From positions 1,216,001-1,280,000 of the forward strand of contig CAVXWP010000001.1 in the NCBI GenBank assembly GCA_963765495.1: a stretch of DNA of 64,000 nt, in the 5' to 3' direction. Positions 30,364-40,029 of this stretch are shown piece by piece (positions within the stretch are counted from its first letter, which is position 1; the number at the start of each line of letters is the position of its first letter). The DNA comes from Blastocatellia bacterium. GTDB lineage: Bacteria > Acidobacteriota > Blastocatellia > UBA7656. The position numbers were made by a program, and so were the translations under genes. The notes below the pieces were generated by a model. That model searched no databases. It was not told the origin of the DNA and saw only the letters and a program-made list of their open reading frames with translations.

Positions 30364-31302
30364 ATGAGTAATCGTTTCGCATCCTCAGAAAAACGGTTCC
30401 GGGATATAACGGTTGTTATACCGACCTATCAGCGAGAGCAGGTGCTGATAGATACTGTCAATTACCTGCTCCGTCTTGAACCGGCCCCGGCAGAGATACT
30501 TCTCGTTGATCAGACATTGACGCACGACAGTTCGACGAGTCGGATTCTTTCATCGCTTGAAAAAAACAAGCAACTTCGCCGGATCAAATTATCAAGTCCC
30601 TCGATTACTCACGCGATGAATATCGGCCTGAACGAATCCACGTGCGACATAGTGCTGTTTCTGGACGACGACATTATTCCCGGCGCGAATCTGATAGCGG
30701 CGCACGCAAAAGCCCACTCACAAGTGGGGTGTGATATTGTCGCGGGACAGGTATTGCAGCCCGGAGAGGAGCCTTTGACCGAAGGCGAGGAATCGGGGCC
30801 GTTTCGCTTTCGGTCTGGACATCGCCAATATATCTCGGAATTGATGGGCGGTAATTTTTCTATCAAGCGGAGCCTCGCGCTGAAGCTTGGAGGATTCGAT
30901 GAGAACTTCGTCCACGTCGCATATCGCTTCGAAGCCGAATTTGCCGGTCGGGTAATTGCCGCCGGAGAGAAGATTTTATTCGAGCCCGAAGCGAGCATAC
31001 ATCATCTGAAAGCGAGCCGTGGAGGTACGCGCTCATACGGCCATCACCTGACGACGATACGCCCGAGCCATGCGGTGGGTGAGTATTATTATCTGCTTCG
31101 CTCGAAAGGAACCCCGCATCGTCTGCTCAAGTTTCTGGCTCGGCCATTGAGGACCATAAGAACCAGACACCATCTGAGCCATCCGTGGTGGATACCTTTG
31201 ACGCTGATCGCAGAGATGATGGGCTTGATCTGGGCGATATGGCTTGCGTTGCGCGGGCCTCGATTGATCCCTGTCAGTATGAAATCCGCCGAACAACCAT
31301 GA
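30364..31302 (+). CDS. Glycosyltransferase family 2
   Basis: VVIPTYQR, LFLDDD, GGNFS, GGFDENF. Confidence 0.9.
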   Translation: MSNRFASSEKRFRDITVVIPTYQREQVLIDTVNYLLRLEPAPAEILLVDQTLTHDSSTSRILSSLEKNKQLRRIKLSSPSITHAMNIGLNESTCDIVLFLDDDIIPGANLIAAHAKAHSQVGCDIVAGQVLQPGEEPLTEGEESGPFRFRSGHRQYISELMGGNFSIKRSLALKLGGFDENFVHVAYRFEAEFAGRVIAAGEKILFEPEASIHHLKASRGGTRSYGHHLTTIRPSHAVGEYYYLLRSKGTPHRLLKFLARPLRTIRTRHHLSHPWWIPLTLIAEMMGLIWAIWLALRGPRLIPVSMKSAEQP

Positions 31303-32735
31303 GCGAGTACGAGATTTATTCCATCATCGCTGTTGCCCTGATGATCTGTTTTGCAAACTGGCGGGCGGGTGTATATATCTCGCTTGTAGCGGGGTTTCTA
31401 CAGGACCCGATACGCAAAGTGGTGCCGGGCGAGCCTGTCTATTTCACGGTGCTTGCCGGAATCTTTGTCGGGGTGACTTTCCTCGGCGCATACTCGCGCG
31501 GCGTCCGGCTAAACTTTCGCGCTATTCACGCCTGGAACAGCGTCATTCGAACGCCCCTGAAAGTCTTTGTCGCGTTCGTAGTGATTCAAAGCCTCATGGC
31601 TTATTTCAGGACCGGCAGCATCATACTTGCAGGTATCGGTTTGCTTGCTTATCTGACGCCTTTCCCGGCCATTCTGCTTGCCTATCAATTCAGTCGGAAT
31701 GAGCAGGATGTGATCAAATTTGTGCGGGTCTATCTGGCTATATCTCTGTTGATGATTTCAGGGATATACCTTTCATATCTGGGATATGACTGGCCGACAT
31801 TGCATACGGTGGGAAATGACCTGATCGCATATCTGCCTTCGATAGGTCGTCTGAAACTCTACTCCGGGTTCTTTAGAGCGCCTGAGGTTGCGGCCTGGCA
31901 CGCGGGCACGGCTGTCTGTGTGGTGATCCTGATGGTCCTGGCGATTCAGGGACACATATTTATAAAGCTGGCGATTGGTCTGCTGGTGCCATTTCTTAGT
32001 TACGCCATATTGCTTACCGGGCGGCGAAAGATTCTTATGGAGGTTTTTCTGTTTTTCTCCGTATATGCGATCCTTCTGGTCTGGTTTCGCAAAGGGGCTT
32101 TTAAATCTGCCATTGCGCTCGGGGTTATAGCCGTAGCCTCGTTCTTCACATACACATATTTCGTTCCCGATAAGGTCAATTCCGGCTTACAGATCTATTA
32201 TGAACGCGGCGCAACGGTTCAGAGCGATTCGTCGGAACGTTTTTACAATATGACATTTGAATCTTTTCAGTATGTCATAGAGCAAAACGGGATATGGGGG
32301 GCGGGAGCCGGAACAGGAAGTCAGGGCGCGCAGCATTTTGGCGGCGGCACTCAGATAGTCGGCTATGCGGCTGAAGGAGGGCTTGCAAAAGTGCTGGCCG
32401 AACTAGGCATCCCCGGTTTGATACTGCTCCTGTGGCTGGCAATCAATACGGCCCGCTATATCTGGTCCATTATCGTTTATGTAAAAGACGGGGAACCTGC
32501 CCGGGCGCGCATGACCTTTGGGATGCTCGCTTTTCTCGTGGCTAACTCATTCGTATATATGATTGCACACCAAATATTCGGAGACCTGTTTGTGCTGATA
32601 ATCTTAGGCTTCGTTCTTGGCTTCACTATGGCTGTGCCGAAGATGGGAGCCGTTCCCGTGGCTCTGCCTGATCGCGGGTTCATACCGCAAATTATGCAGC
32701 CGCAAATCTCAAATCGGAGCGCGATGAGAGAGTGA
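31299..32735 (+). CDS. Polytopic membrane protein, putative Wzy polymerase/O-antigen ligase-like
   Basis: About 11 TMs, TGRRK, GAGAGT, AEGG..KVLAELG; ATGA overlap at 31299. Confidence 0.65.
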   Translation: MSEYEIYSIIAVALMICFANWRAGVYISLVAGFLQDPIRKVVPGEPVYFTVLAGIFVGVTFLGAYSRGVRLNFRAIHAWNSVIRTPLKVFVAFVVIQSLMAYFRTGSIILAGIGLLAYLTPFPAILLAYQFSRNEQDVIKFVRVYLAISLLMISGIYLSYLGYDWPTLHTVGNDLIAYLPSIGRLKLYSGFFRAPEVAAWHAGTAVCVVILMVLAIQGHIFIKLAIGLLVPFLSYAILLTGRRKILMEVFLFFSVYAILLVWFRKGAFKSAIALGVIAVASFFTYTYFVPDKVNSGLQIYYERGATVQSDSSERFYNMTFESFQYVIEQNGIWGAGAGTGSQGAQHFGGGTQIVGYAAEGGLAKVLAELGIPGLILLLWLAINTARYIWSIIVYVKDGEPARARMTFGMLAFLVANSFVYMIAHQIFGDLFVLIILGFVLGFTMAVPKMGAVPVALPDRGFIPQIMQPQISNRSAMRE

Positions 32736-33943
32736 AAATGAAAATCGCCATCATCGCAACACATCCCATTCAATACCATATCCCGTGGTTTCAGAGACTG
32801 GCGAAACAGGAACAGATAGAGCTTAAAGTCTTTTACGCTCTCTTACCAAGCCCCGAAGATCAGGGCGTTGGTTTTAATATTCCGTTTGCATGGGATATTC
32901 CCATGCTTGAGGGCTATGACTGGGCGATAATTCCTAACCGTAGAAAGTCGCCGTCGCTGAGAGGTTTTTTTGCCAGCAGCACGCCCGCGATCAAATCGCT
33001 TCTGGCCGAATTCAAACCCGACGCTGCGATCATAACCGGCTGGCAGTCGCTGCCGATGCTACAGGCTCTGTGGGCGTGCAAGAGACTCAATATCCCGCGT
33101 ATAGTTCGAGGCGATTCTAATGCTATGCGTGCAAGGCCCAGACTCGTGCGATTGCTGCACCGTGGTCTTCTGCGTCACTTTGATGCTTTTCTTTCTACTG
33201 GAAAGGCCAATAAAGAGTTTTATATTCAATACGGCATAGATTCGAAGCGCATTTTCTCAAGCCCTCATTTTGTAGACAATAAGAGATTTCAGGAACAATA
33301 TGATCAGGTAATCACCGAACGCGCCGCGATCCGAAAAGGATGGGGGGTGACCGTTGGCCACACCTGTTTTCTTTACGCGGGAAAACTTGAGCCTAAAAAG
33401 CGCATTATGGATTTGCTTGAGGCGCTTGATATAGCGCGCTCGACCGCGCCCGCAATTCACCTGCTCGTTGCGGGTACGGGCGAATTGATGGATGAAGCCC
33501 GCCAGCTTGTGGAAAACAAAAAACTGTCTGTTACCTTTGCCGGTTTCTTGAACCAGACCGAAATTACCCGCGCTTATGCGGCTGCCGATTGCCTCGTCCT
33601 CCCTTCGGATTTCGGAGAGACCTGGGGGCTTGTCGTAAACGAAGCCATGATTTGCGGGCGACCGGCGATTGTCAGCGACCGCGTGGGCTGCGGGCCTGAT
33701 CTGGTTGAAGACAGTGTGACAGGGGCCATCTTCCCCTGCGGCAATATCAATGCTCTCGCAGATAGACTGATAGAGATGGCATCCGACCCGGCACATCTTA
33801 TCTTTATGGGTGAACGCGCCAGAGAGAGAGTACAAAACTATTGTGTCGAAAAGGCAGTGAAAGGTATATTACAAGCAGTCGAATATGTGACAGAAGAGCG
33901 CCGAGAAGAGTATCAGCTTGAGTCTCACTTAAGCCGTAAGTAG
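32732..33943 (+). CDS. Glycosyltransferase family 4
   Basis: THPIQY, YAGKLEPKKR, LPSDFGETWGLVVNEAM. Confidence 0.92.
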   Translation: MKMKIAIIATHPIQYHIPWFQRLAKQEQIELKVFYALLPSPEDQGVGFNIPFAWDIPMLEGYDWAIIPNRRKSPSLRGFFASSTPAIKSLLAEFKPDAAIITGWQSLPMLQALWACKRLNIPRIVRGDSNAMRARPRLVRLLHRGLLRHFDAFLSTGKANKEFYIQYGIDSKRIFSSPHFVDNKRFQEQYDQVITERAAIRKGWGVTVGHTCFLYAGKLEPKKRIMDLLEALDIARSTAPAIHLLVAGTGELMDEARQLVENKKLSVTFAGFLNQTEITRAYAAADCLVLPSDFGETWGLVVNEAMICGRPAIVSDRVGCGPDLVEDSVTGAIFPCGNINALADRLIEMASDPAHLIFMGERARERVQNYCVEKAVKGILQAVEYVTEERREEYQLESHLSRK

Positions 33944-33957
33944 TCTGAAACCCTGAA

Positions 33958-35169
33958 ATGGAAAAGAAAAAAGTCATTCACGCATGGTTGCCCGACACGG
34001 CTTTCAAGGGAGGGATTCAAGCCTTCTCGCGCGATTTCCTGAAGGCTTTAAACCAGAGCGCCCCTGATGCGCAAAAGATCGTTCTGATCAAGAATGATCT
34101 TCCCGGAGGACTATGGCAGATCAGGGGCTTTGAGTACAGATGTTTCGGGCGCTGGCCAAAGCCTCTGCGCACGCTCTTTTTTGCATTGGGCCTGTTGAGA
34201 ACGGCCTTTTTTCATCGCCCTCAGTTGATCATCGTAGGTCACGCAAATTTCGCCATCGTGGCCTCGTTTCTCAACTGGCTTTTAGGCATTCCCTACTGGG
34301 TGATCATATATGGAATCGAAGTGTGGGATGAAAACGGGGCGAGAGTAGCATCCGCCCTGCATTCTGCCGACAGATTACTTGCTATCAGCAGGTTTACGCG
34401 GGATAAGGTGATCGAGCAACAGGGGATTGACCCCGAACAATTCACACTCCTTCCGACCACTTTCGATGAGACACGTTTTCTACCCGGCCCAAGACCCGAG
34501 GCCTTGATGGACAGGCTGAATCTGATGCGGGAGAAGCAGATAATATTGACGGTCTCTCGTCTGGCGGGCGAGGAACGCTATAAGGGATATGATCAAATTC
34601 TGAAAGCGATGCCCGCAATTCTCCGGGCGGTTCCCAATGCTCACTACATACTTGTAGGGAAGGGCGAAGATAAAGACCGCATCCGTCAGTTGATCGCAGA
34701 ACTGGGTATCGAAGAGCACGTGACGCTCGCCGGATACGTACCCGTAAGGGAACTGGTCGATTATTATAACCTGTCGCATGTCTTTGCTATGCCAAGCAAG
34801 AAAGAAGGATTCGGAATAGTGTTTTTGGAGGCGCTCGCCTGTGGAAAGCCGGTGGTTGCGGGCAACCAGGATGGATCGGTTGATGCTCTGTGTGACGGCA
34901 AACTTGGCGTGCTGATCAACCCCGATGACGTGGACGAAATAGCCGGGGCCCTCATAGAGATTTTGCAACGTCGATACCCCTTGCCGATCATTTATTCGCC
35001 CGATGCGCTTCGGGAAAAAGTATTAGAGATTTATGGGTTCAATCGCTTTACTCAAACTCTAAAAGAGAATCTCGATGATTTCTTTGGGTTGCTTGATGAT
35101 CGTGCTGATTATGCTTCTGAGCAATCGCGCAGATTAAGCTCGCCCGCGCCGCCGCCCGGAACACGATAA
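33958..35169 (+). CDS. Glycosyltransferase family 4
   Basis: GGIQ, LTVSRL..ERYKG, MPSKKEGFGIVFLEA. Confidence 0.92.
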   Translation: MEKKKVIHAWLPDTAFKGGIQAFSRDFLKALNQSAPDAQKIVLIKNDLPGGLWQIRGFEYRCFGRWPKPLRTLFFALGLLRTAFFHRPQLIIVGHANFAIVASFLNWLLGIPYWVIIYGIEVWDENGARVASALHSADRLLAISRFTRDKVIEQQGIDPEQFTLLPTTFDETRFLPGPRPEALMDRLNLMREKQIILTVSRLAGEERYKGYDQILKAMPAILRAVPNAHYILVGKGEDKDRIRQLIAELGIEEHVTLAGYVPVRELVDYYNLSHVFAMPSKKEGFGIVFLEALACGKPVVAGNQDGSVDALCDGKLGVLINPDDVDEIAGALIEILQRRYPLPIIYSPDALREKVLEIYGFNRFTQTLKENLDDFFGLLDDRADYASEQSRRLSSPAPPPGTR

Positions 35170-36359
35170 TGAGAGTGCTTCATACAATCCCCTCCCTGTC
35201 TCCTCGCGACGGAGGCCCAAGCTTTGCCTTGCCTGTGATTGCCGGAGGGCTTCACAGGGCGGGGATTCAGGTGGATGTGGCGGTGACAGATGATGATGGA
35301 CGAGGAGGCCACCTCGATGTCTCTCTCGACAGGCCCGTCAACCGCGATGGAGTGAATTACTTTTACTTCAGGCGGCAGTCGCGCTTTTATAAAACTTCGT
35401 GGTCGATGACCGGCTGGCTTTCGCGCCATATCCGGCAATACGACCTCGTTCATATACACGCGCTCTTCTCTTATTCGAGTACGGTGGCGGCTTTTCTGGC
35501 TATGAAAAACCATATCCCTTATGTAGTGAGACCTCTCGGGGTGCTCAACAGGTGGGGGATGCAGAACCGCCGCAGAGGGCTGAAGCAACTCTCTTTTCGC
35601 CTGATCGAGCGGCATATACTCGACAATGCCGCCGCCGTTCACTACACGAGCCAGCAGGAAAGACTTGAGGCCGAAGAAGCAGGCGCGACCTCGCGACCCT
35701 CGGTTATTCCGCTCGGGATCGACCTCTCTGAATTTGAGCAGATGCCGGGGCCGGGCAGTTTTTACCGGAAATTTCCCGAAGCAGTTGATCGCGATATTAT
35801 CCTGTTTCTTTCACGTCTCGATGCCAAGAAGGGGCTAGACCTTTTGTTGCGCGCCTTTGCCGAAATCCAGGATCAATGCCCACAGGCATTGCTTGTTATC
35901 GCGGGCAGCGGCGAGGAAGCCTTCGTAGCCGGTTTGCGCCAACTGGCCGAGGCGTTAAAGGTTGCAGATAAAATTATCTGGGCGGGTTTTTTGAGCGGAG
36001 AGGAAAAACTCTCTGCGTTTCGGGCGGCCACTCTGTTTGCCCTGCCCTCTTATTCGGAGAATTTCGGGATCGCCGTGGTCGAGGCGCTTGCCGCAGGATT
36101 ACCTTGCGTGGTTTCCGATCAGGTGGGCATCGCTTCTGATATTTCGGAGTTTGAGGCGGGGCAGGTTGTGCCGTGTCAGGCGGCCCCGCTCGCTTTAGCG
36201 TTGCGCAGCCTTTTAACAGAGCCGGACCTGCGGCGTGCTCTTGCGTTGAGAGCGTGCCGACTGGCACGTCATCGCTTTTCCGAGGAGTCGATGGTCCGCG
36301 CGCTCACTGGTCTGTACGGTCAGGTTGCGCTGCGTCCGGCTGTGGCGGTTGAAGGATGA
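35169..36359 (+). CDS. Glycosyltransferase family 4
   Basis: GGP, FLSRLDAKKG, LPSYSENFGIAVVEA. Confidence 0.92.
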   Translation: MRVLHTIPSLSPRDGGPSFALPVIAGGLHRAGIQVDVAVTDDDGRGGHLDVSLDRPVNRDGVNYFYFRRQSRFYKTSWSMTGWLSRHIRQYDLVHIHALFSYSSTVAAFLAMKNHIPYVVRPLGVLNRWGMQNRRRGLKQLSFRLIERHILDNAAAVHYTSQQERLEAEEAGATSRPSVIPLGIDLSEFEQMPGPGSFYRKFPEAVDRDIILFLSRLDAKKGLDLLLRAFAEIQDQCPQALLVIAGSGEEAFVAGLRQLAEALKVADKIIWAGFLSGEEKLSAFRAATLFALPSYSENFGIAVVEALAAGLPCVVSDQVGIASDISEFEAGQVVPCQAAPLALALRSLLTEPDLRRALALRACRLARHRFSEESMVRALTGLYGQVALRPAVAVEG

Positions 36360-36805
36360 AAATAGCCATCGTTTCTTCGTGCGGCGGTCATCTGGCCGAG
36401 ATCAGAATGCTCAGATCCGTTTATGAAAGCCACGAGCATCTGTATGTCTTGAACGACCGGGCGATATTACCGGAGGACATGGAGGGTAAAACCTTCTTTA
36501 TACGACATTCGGAGCGCGACTGGCTCTTTTTTGTCAATTTGCTGGAAGCGTGGCAGGTGCTCAGAAAGCATCGCCCCGATATTATTTTGAGCACCGGAGC
36601 AGGGCCTGTGGTCCCGTTTGCGCTTGTGGGCAAACTCTTTCGAATTCCAACCGTCTATATTGAAATCTCGACCACCGTAACCCGGCCATCGCTTACGGGT
36701 CGCATCATGTATTACCTGGCGGATAGATTCTTTTATCAGTGGAAAGAGCTTGAGACTCATTTCCCCAGAGGCACCTACGGAGGGTTGATACAGTGGTCTT
36801 TGTGA
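36356..36805 (+). CDS. PssD/CpsF/Alg14-like glycosyltransferase subunit
   Basis: SSCGGHL, STGAG, YIE, SLTGR, FFYQW. Confidence 0.9.
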   Translation: MKIAIVSSCGGHLAEIRMLRSVYESHEHLYVLNDRAILPEDMEGKTFFIRHSERDWLFFVNLLEAWQVLRKHRPDIILSTGAGPVVPFALVGKLFRIPTVYIEISTTVTRPSLTGRIMYYLADRFFYQWKELETHFPRGTYGGLIQWSL

Positions 36806-37284
36806 CGGTTGGCAACGCCACTCAGGGGTTTCGACGTTTGCTCGACGCGGTGGATGATCTTGCTGACCGAGGTATCTTTGAGAACGAACCCGTCACTATT
36901 CAATCTGGTCATAATGATGACTTTGATTCTCGATGTTGTGAAGTGCGTCAGTTTATTTCAATGGATGAATTTGACAGATTGATGGAGAGCGCAAGCCTGA
37001 TTATCTGTCATGGCGGATGCACGCAATTACAGGCGATCCGACTCGGGAAAATTCCTGTAGTGATGCCGCGCAGAGAGAAGTACGACGAACACGTCAACGA
37101 TCATCAGGTACAACTCGTTCAGGCTCTGGCTGCGGAGAATCGAATCGTACCGGCTTACGAACCTGATGATTTGTCGGCTGCGATTGTCGAGGCAAGACGC
37201 CTGAACGCGCACGCGCTGCCCCCTCCGCGTTCGCCTATGGTTTCGCTTGTGGCCCGGGCTATCGAAGAGCTTGTGGCGCGCTAA
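36793..37284 (+). CDS. PssE/CpsG/Alg13-like (GT28 C-terminal) subunit
   Basis: VFVTVG, FRRL, ICHGG, VMPR..EHVNDHQ. Confidence 0.9.
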   Translation: MVFVTVGNATQGFRRLLDAVDDLADRGIFENEPVTIQSGHNDDFDSRCCEVRQFISMDEFDRLMESASLIICHGGCTQLQAIRLGKIPVVMPRREKYDEHVNDHQVQLVQALAAENRIVPAYEPDDLSAAIVEARRLNAHALPPPRSPMVSLVARAIEELVAR

Positions 37285-37296
37285 ATCTTGTAAGCA

Positions 37297-38292
37297 ATGA
37301 ATAAGAAGGCTCTGATTTTTGGCGTGTCGGGCCAGGACGGCTCATATCTCGCCCGTTTGCTCCTGAACAAAGGTTATGAAGTCTATGGGACTTCCCGCGA
37401 CGCGCAGGTAGCGTCGTTTCAAAATCTGCTCCGGCTTGGTATTCGTGAGAAGGTCAACCTCGAATCCGTCTCGCCTATAGATTTTCGAAGCGTCCTGCAA
37501 GCCATTATGAAAGCCGAGCCCGATGAAATCTATAATCTGGCGGGTCAGACATCTGTGGGGCTCTCTTTTCAGCAGCCCGTAGAGACGCTCGAAAGCATAG
37601 GACTTGGAACCTTGAACCTGCTTGAGGCAGTCCGATTCACAGGCCGCCCCATTCGGCTATATAACGCCGGGTCGGGCGAGTCTTTTGGCGATACGATTGA
37701 TAAACCGGCCGACAGGGAAACACCCTTTCGCCCGCGAAGTCCTTACGCTGTGGCAAAGGCAACAAGCTTCTGGGAGGTAGCTAACTACCGCGAAGCCTAT
37801 GGCCTGTATGCCTGTTCGGGTATTCTCTTTAACCACGAATCTCCCTTGAGGCCCGAGCGATTTGTCACGAAAAAAATAGTCGCTTCCGCCTGTCGCATTG
37901 CCGCCGGAAGCGATGAGAAACTTCATCTCGGAAATATCTCGATTGAGAGAGACTGGGGCTGGGCGCCCGAATATGTCGAGGCCATGTGGCTTATGTTGCA
38001 ACAGGGAGAGCCGCAGGATTATGTGATAGCAACCGGCGAATCGCATCGGCTGGAAGAGTTTGTTGATGCGGCTTTTTCCTACTTCAATCTGAACTGGCGC
38101 GAGCACACCAGCATAGATCAAAACCTGTTCAGGCCGACCGACATTATGGTGGGAAGGGCAAATCCGTCCAACGCCAGAAAACTGCTTGGGTGGCAGGCCC
38201 GCTTTAAGATGAATGCCGTTGTGCGAATGATGATAGAAGCGGAACTGGAAGAGACGGGTTTGCGGATTGGAAAGGGTCTTTCGAATCGATAA
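37297..38292 (+). CDS. gmd: GDP-mannose 4,6-dehydratase paralog
   Basis: [32 protein letters not shown]. Confidence 0.85.
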   Translation: MNKKALIFGVSGQDGSYLARLLLNKGYEVYGTSRDAQVASFQNLLRLGIREKVNLESVSPIDFRSVLQAIMKAEPDEIYNLAGQTSVGLSFQQPVETLESIGLGTLNLLEAVRFTGRPIRLYNAGSGESFGDTIDKPADRETPFRPRSPYAVAKATSFWEVANYREAYGLYACSGILFNHESPLRPERFVTKKIVASACRIAAGSDEKLHLGNISIERDWGWAPEYVEAMWLMLQQGEPQDYVIATGESHRLEEFVDAAFSYFNLNWREHTSIDQNLFRPTDIMVGRANPSNARKLLGWQARFKMNAVVRMMIEAELEETGLRIGKGLSNR

Positions 38293-38318
38293 GAAGCGCA
38301 AGAGTTAAGGAGGAAGGT

Positions 38319-38396
38319 TTGTACATTTTAGGAATCAATGCTTATCACGGCGATGCTTTGGCGGCGGCAGATATTTGGCTTTTGGGACGGCAATGA
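38319..38396 (+). pseudogene. 5' remnant of a carbamoyltransferase gene
   Basis: RBS AGGAGG then [18 protein letters not shown], nearly identical to the N-terminus [16 protein letters not shown] of 40030; stops after 25 codons. Confidence 0.75.
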
Positions 38397-38626
38397 AGGA
38401 TTTATTTCAGGCATACTGGTATCGCCTCCTTGTAGATATAAAAATTGATGTATTTCGCAGCGAGGAAACAGATACAGATAATCAATACGGCAAAGCCGTA
38501 ACTGGTAAAAAAGCCGCAAGATGAACACGCAGCCTCTATAGAAAAGCCTGTGGAGCAAACCTTTCATTTACTCCACAGGCGGTCACTGGATTAGGGATTT
38601 AACTTCCCTCGGGACTGGTTCCCCCA

Positions 38627-39325
38627 TTACGGCGCTGTCGGTGGGGTATTCGAAGGCGTTGCAGGTGGCAGTTCGGGTGAAGACCTCCTGCCTTTGTGGC
38701 GCTCGACGTGACTCGCGCTCGTCCACGCCGCAAGCATCGCCGGATTGTTGCGGTATTTGTTACGAACTACCGCATTTAGCTGCTTTACATGTTTCAGCCC
38801 TTTGCCGATGACTACATCGAGCGAGGCCGTAGCCGTTACCTGGCCTTCCCGGTCGTGGTTGCGCCCGGTAATCGCTTGCTCGAATGCCTGAATAGCCTCC
38901 TGAAGTTCGCTCAGGAAGTCTGTCGCCATTTCGCGGCGTGTAAACTCCGCAGCCAACGGCGTGGCGTCGGACAAAAAGGCTCGCGCCGAGTTCAGCAATG
39001 CCTGATCCGAAGGGTTGCGCGGAAGCCGGAACTTATTTTCAAGCCCCGGGTCTTCCAGCGCTATAGCTCGCGCAGTCAGGCTTATCGCCTCCATTTCATC
39101 CATCAACGTCTCGCGGGCCAGCGATTTCGATTCCGTCTTCTGACGGGCCGCGCCAGCCTTTGATGTTTGGGTCGAGGCCGTCGATTCGATCTCGGATACG
39201 GTTGCGCCGACATCTCCGATGAGCGTGCTGCCAAGCGTAGCCGCAGGAAAATCCGCGGCATGTGCTACGCCAAAATCGCGTACACGGCGCAGCATTTCGT
39301 ATCGTCTCGATTCATTTTGATTCAT
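38627..39325 (-). CDS. Hypothetical all-helical protein with Pro-rich tail
   Basis: ATG 39325 with RBS AAGGAG; MNQNESRRYEMLRRVRDFG...LAAWTSASHVER; opposite strand to the operon. Confidence 0.8.
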   Translation of the reverse strand: MNQNESRRYEMLRRVRDFGVAHAADFPAATLGSTLIGDVGATVSEIESTASTQTSKAGAARQKTESKSLARETLMDEMEAISLTARAIALEDPGLENKFRLPRNPSDQALLNSARAFLSDATPLAAEFTRREMATDFLSELQEAIQAFEQAITGRNHDREGQVTATASLDVVIGKGLKHVKQLNAVVRNKYRNNPAMLAAWTSASHVERHKGRRSSPELPPATPSNTPPTAP

Positions 39326-39438
39326 ATTGTGTCTCCTTTTGAAATACGACGCAGGCCGCCGAGGCCTACGGCTGAATATACTAAATATTGATTTTTCAAT
39401 GGTTATCACACTCGACGAGGGGGCACTCCCCCAGAAAA

Positions 39439-39606
39439 CCGATTTTGACGATTGTTTGAGCCGATTTGACGGCTGGTTTAATCGTTTTGCGCGCTTGCGA
39501 AGTTCTCTGAACGAATGTTTGAACCGGTTTCCGCGATGTTGAAGTCATCTTTGCCGATGTTTGAGCCCGCTTTCACACTGTTGACGCCCTTTTCGACTCT
39601 GTTGAA
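39439..39606. repeat. Degenerate 21-bp tandem repeat array (about 8 units)
   Basis: Units such as CCGATTTTGACGATTGTTTGA, ACCGGTTTCCGCGATGTTGAA, GTCATCTTTGCCGATGTTTGA, GCCCTTTTCGACTCTGTTGAA; TGTT(T)GA recurs every 21 nt. Confidence 0.65.
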
Positions 39607-39744
39607 ATGAGATTTACGGTTGCGCGAAACGATCTGTCCGAGCGGGTAGCCGGTTTAGGGGAATTACAGACGGTCGCGTCATCCCGTCATAATGGATAGA
39701 CGGAATTAGTAAGGGAAATAACGCAAAAATGTTATATAAATCAT

Positions 39745-39888
39745 CAGCAATTCTCGGTTTAGAAATTCTGTCTTAACAAGAAGTGAACCACGAAATACAC
39801 GAAGCACACGAAATAGAAGAATTATTCGTGTATTTAGTCTGTTTCGTGGTATATCCCGGTGCGATTTCCTCTAAACCGAGAATTGCTG
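39745..39888. mobile_element. MITE family A (144 bp), copy 2
   Basis: Same 19-bp TIR; different 9-bp TSD ATAAATCAT on both sides. Confidence 0.92.
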
Positions 39889-40029
39889 ATAAATCATACA
39901 GCTTTATCCTCGTCGCTTGTCTCGATCAGGGCATCTTACGGCGGGATTCAGCCACGAATAAGCACAAATGGCCACGAACGATTTGTGCAGGCGCGTGGCC
40001 TGCTATTAGTTAAAAGGAAAGATACAGTT

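Noticed and set aside
39439-39606. Possible CRISPR array
   Set aside because: Units are contiguous 21-mers with no conserved repeat plus unique spacer structure, and there are no cas genes.
39859-40029. N-terminal extension of the carbamoyltransferase in the ORF track
   Set aside because: It starts inside the MITE; the family N-terminus MIILGI begins at 40030.
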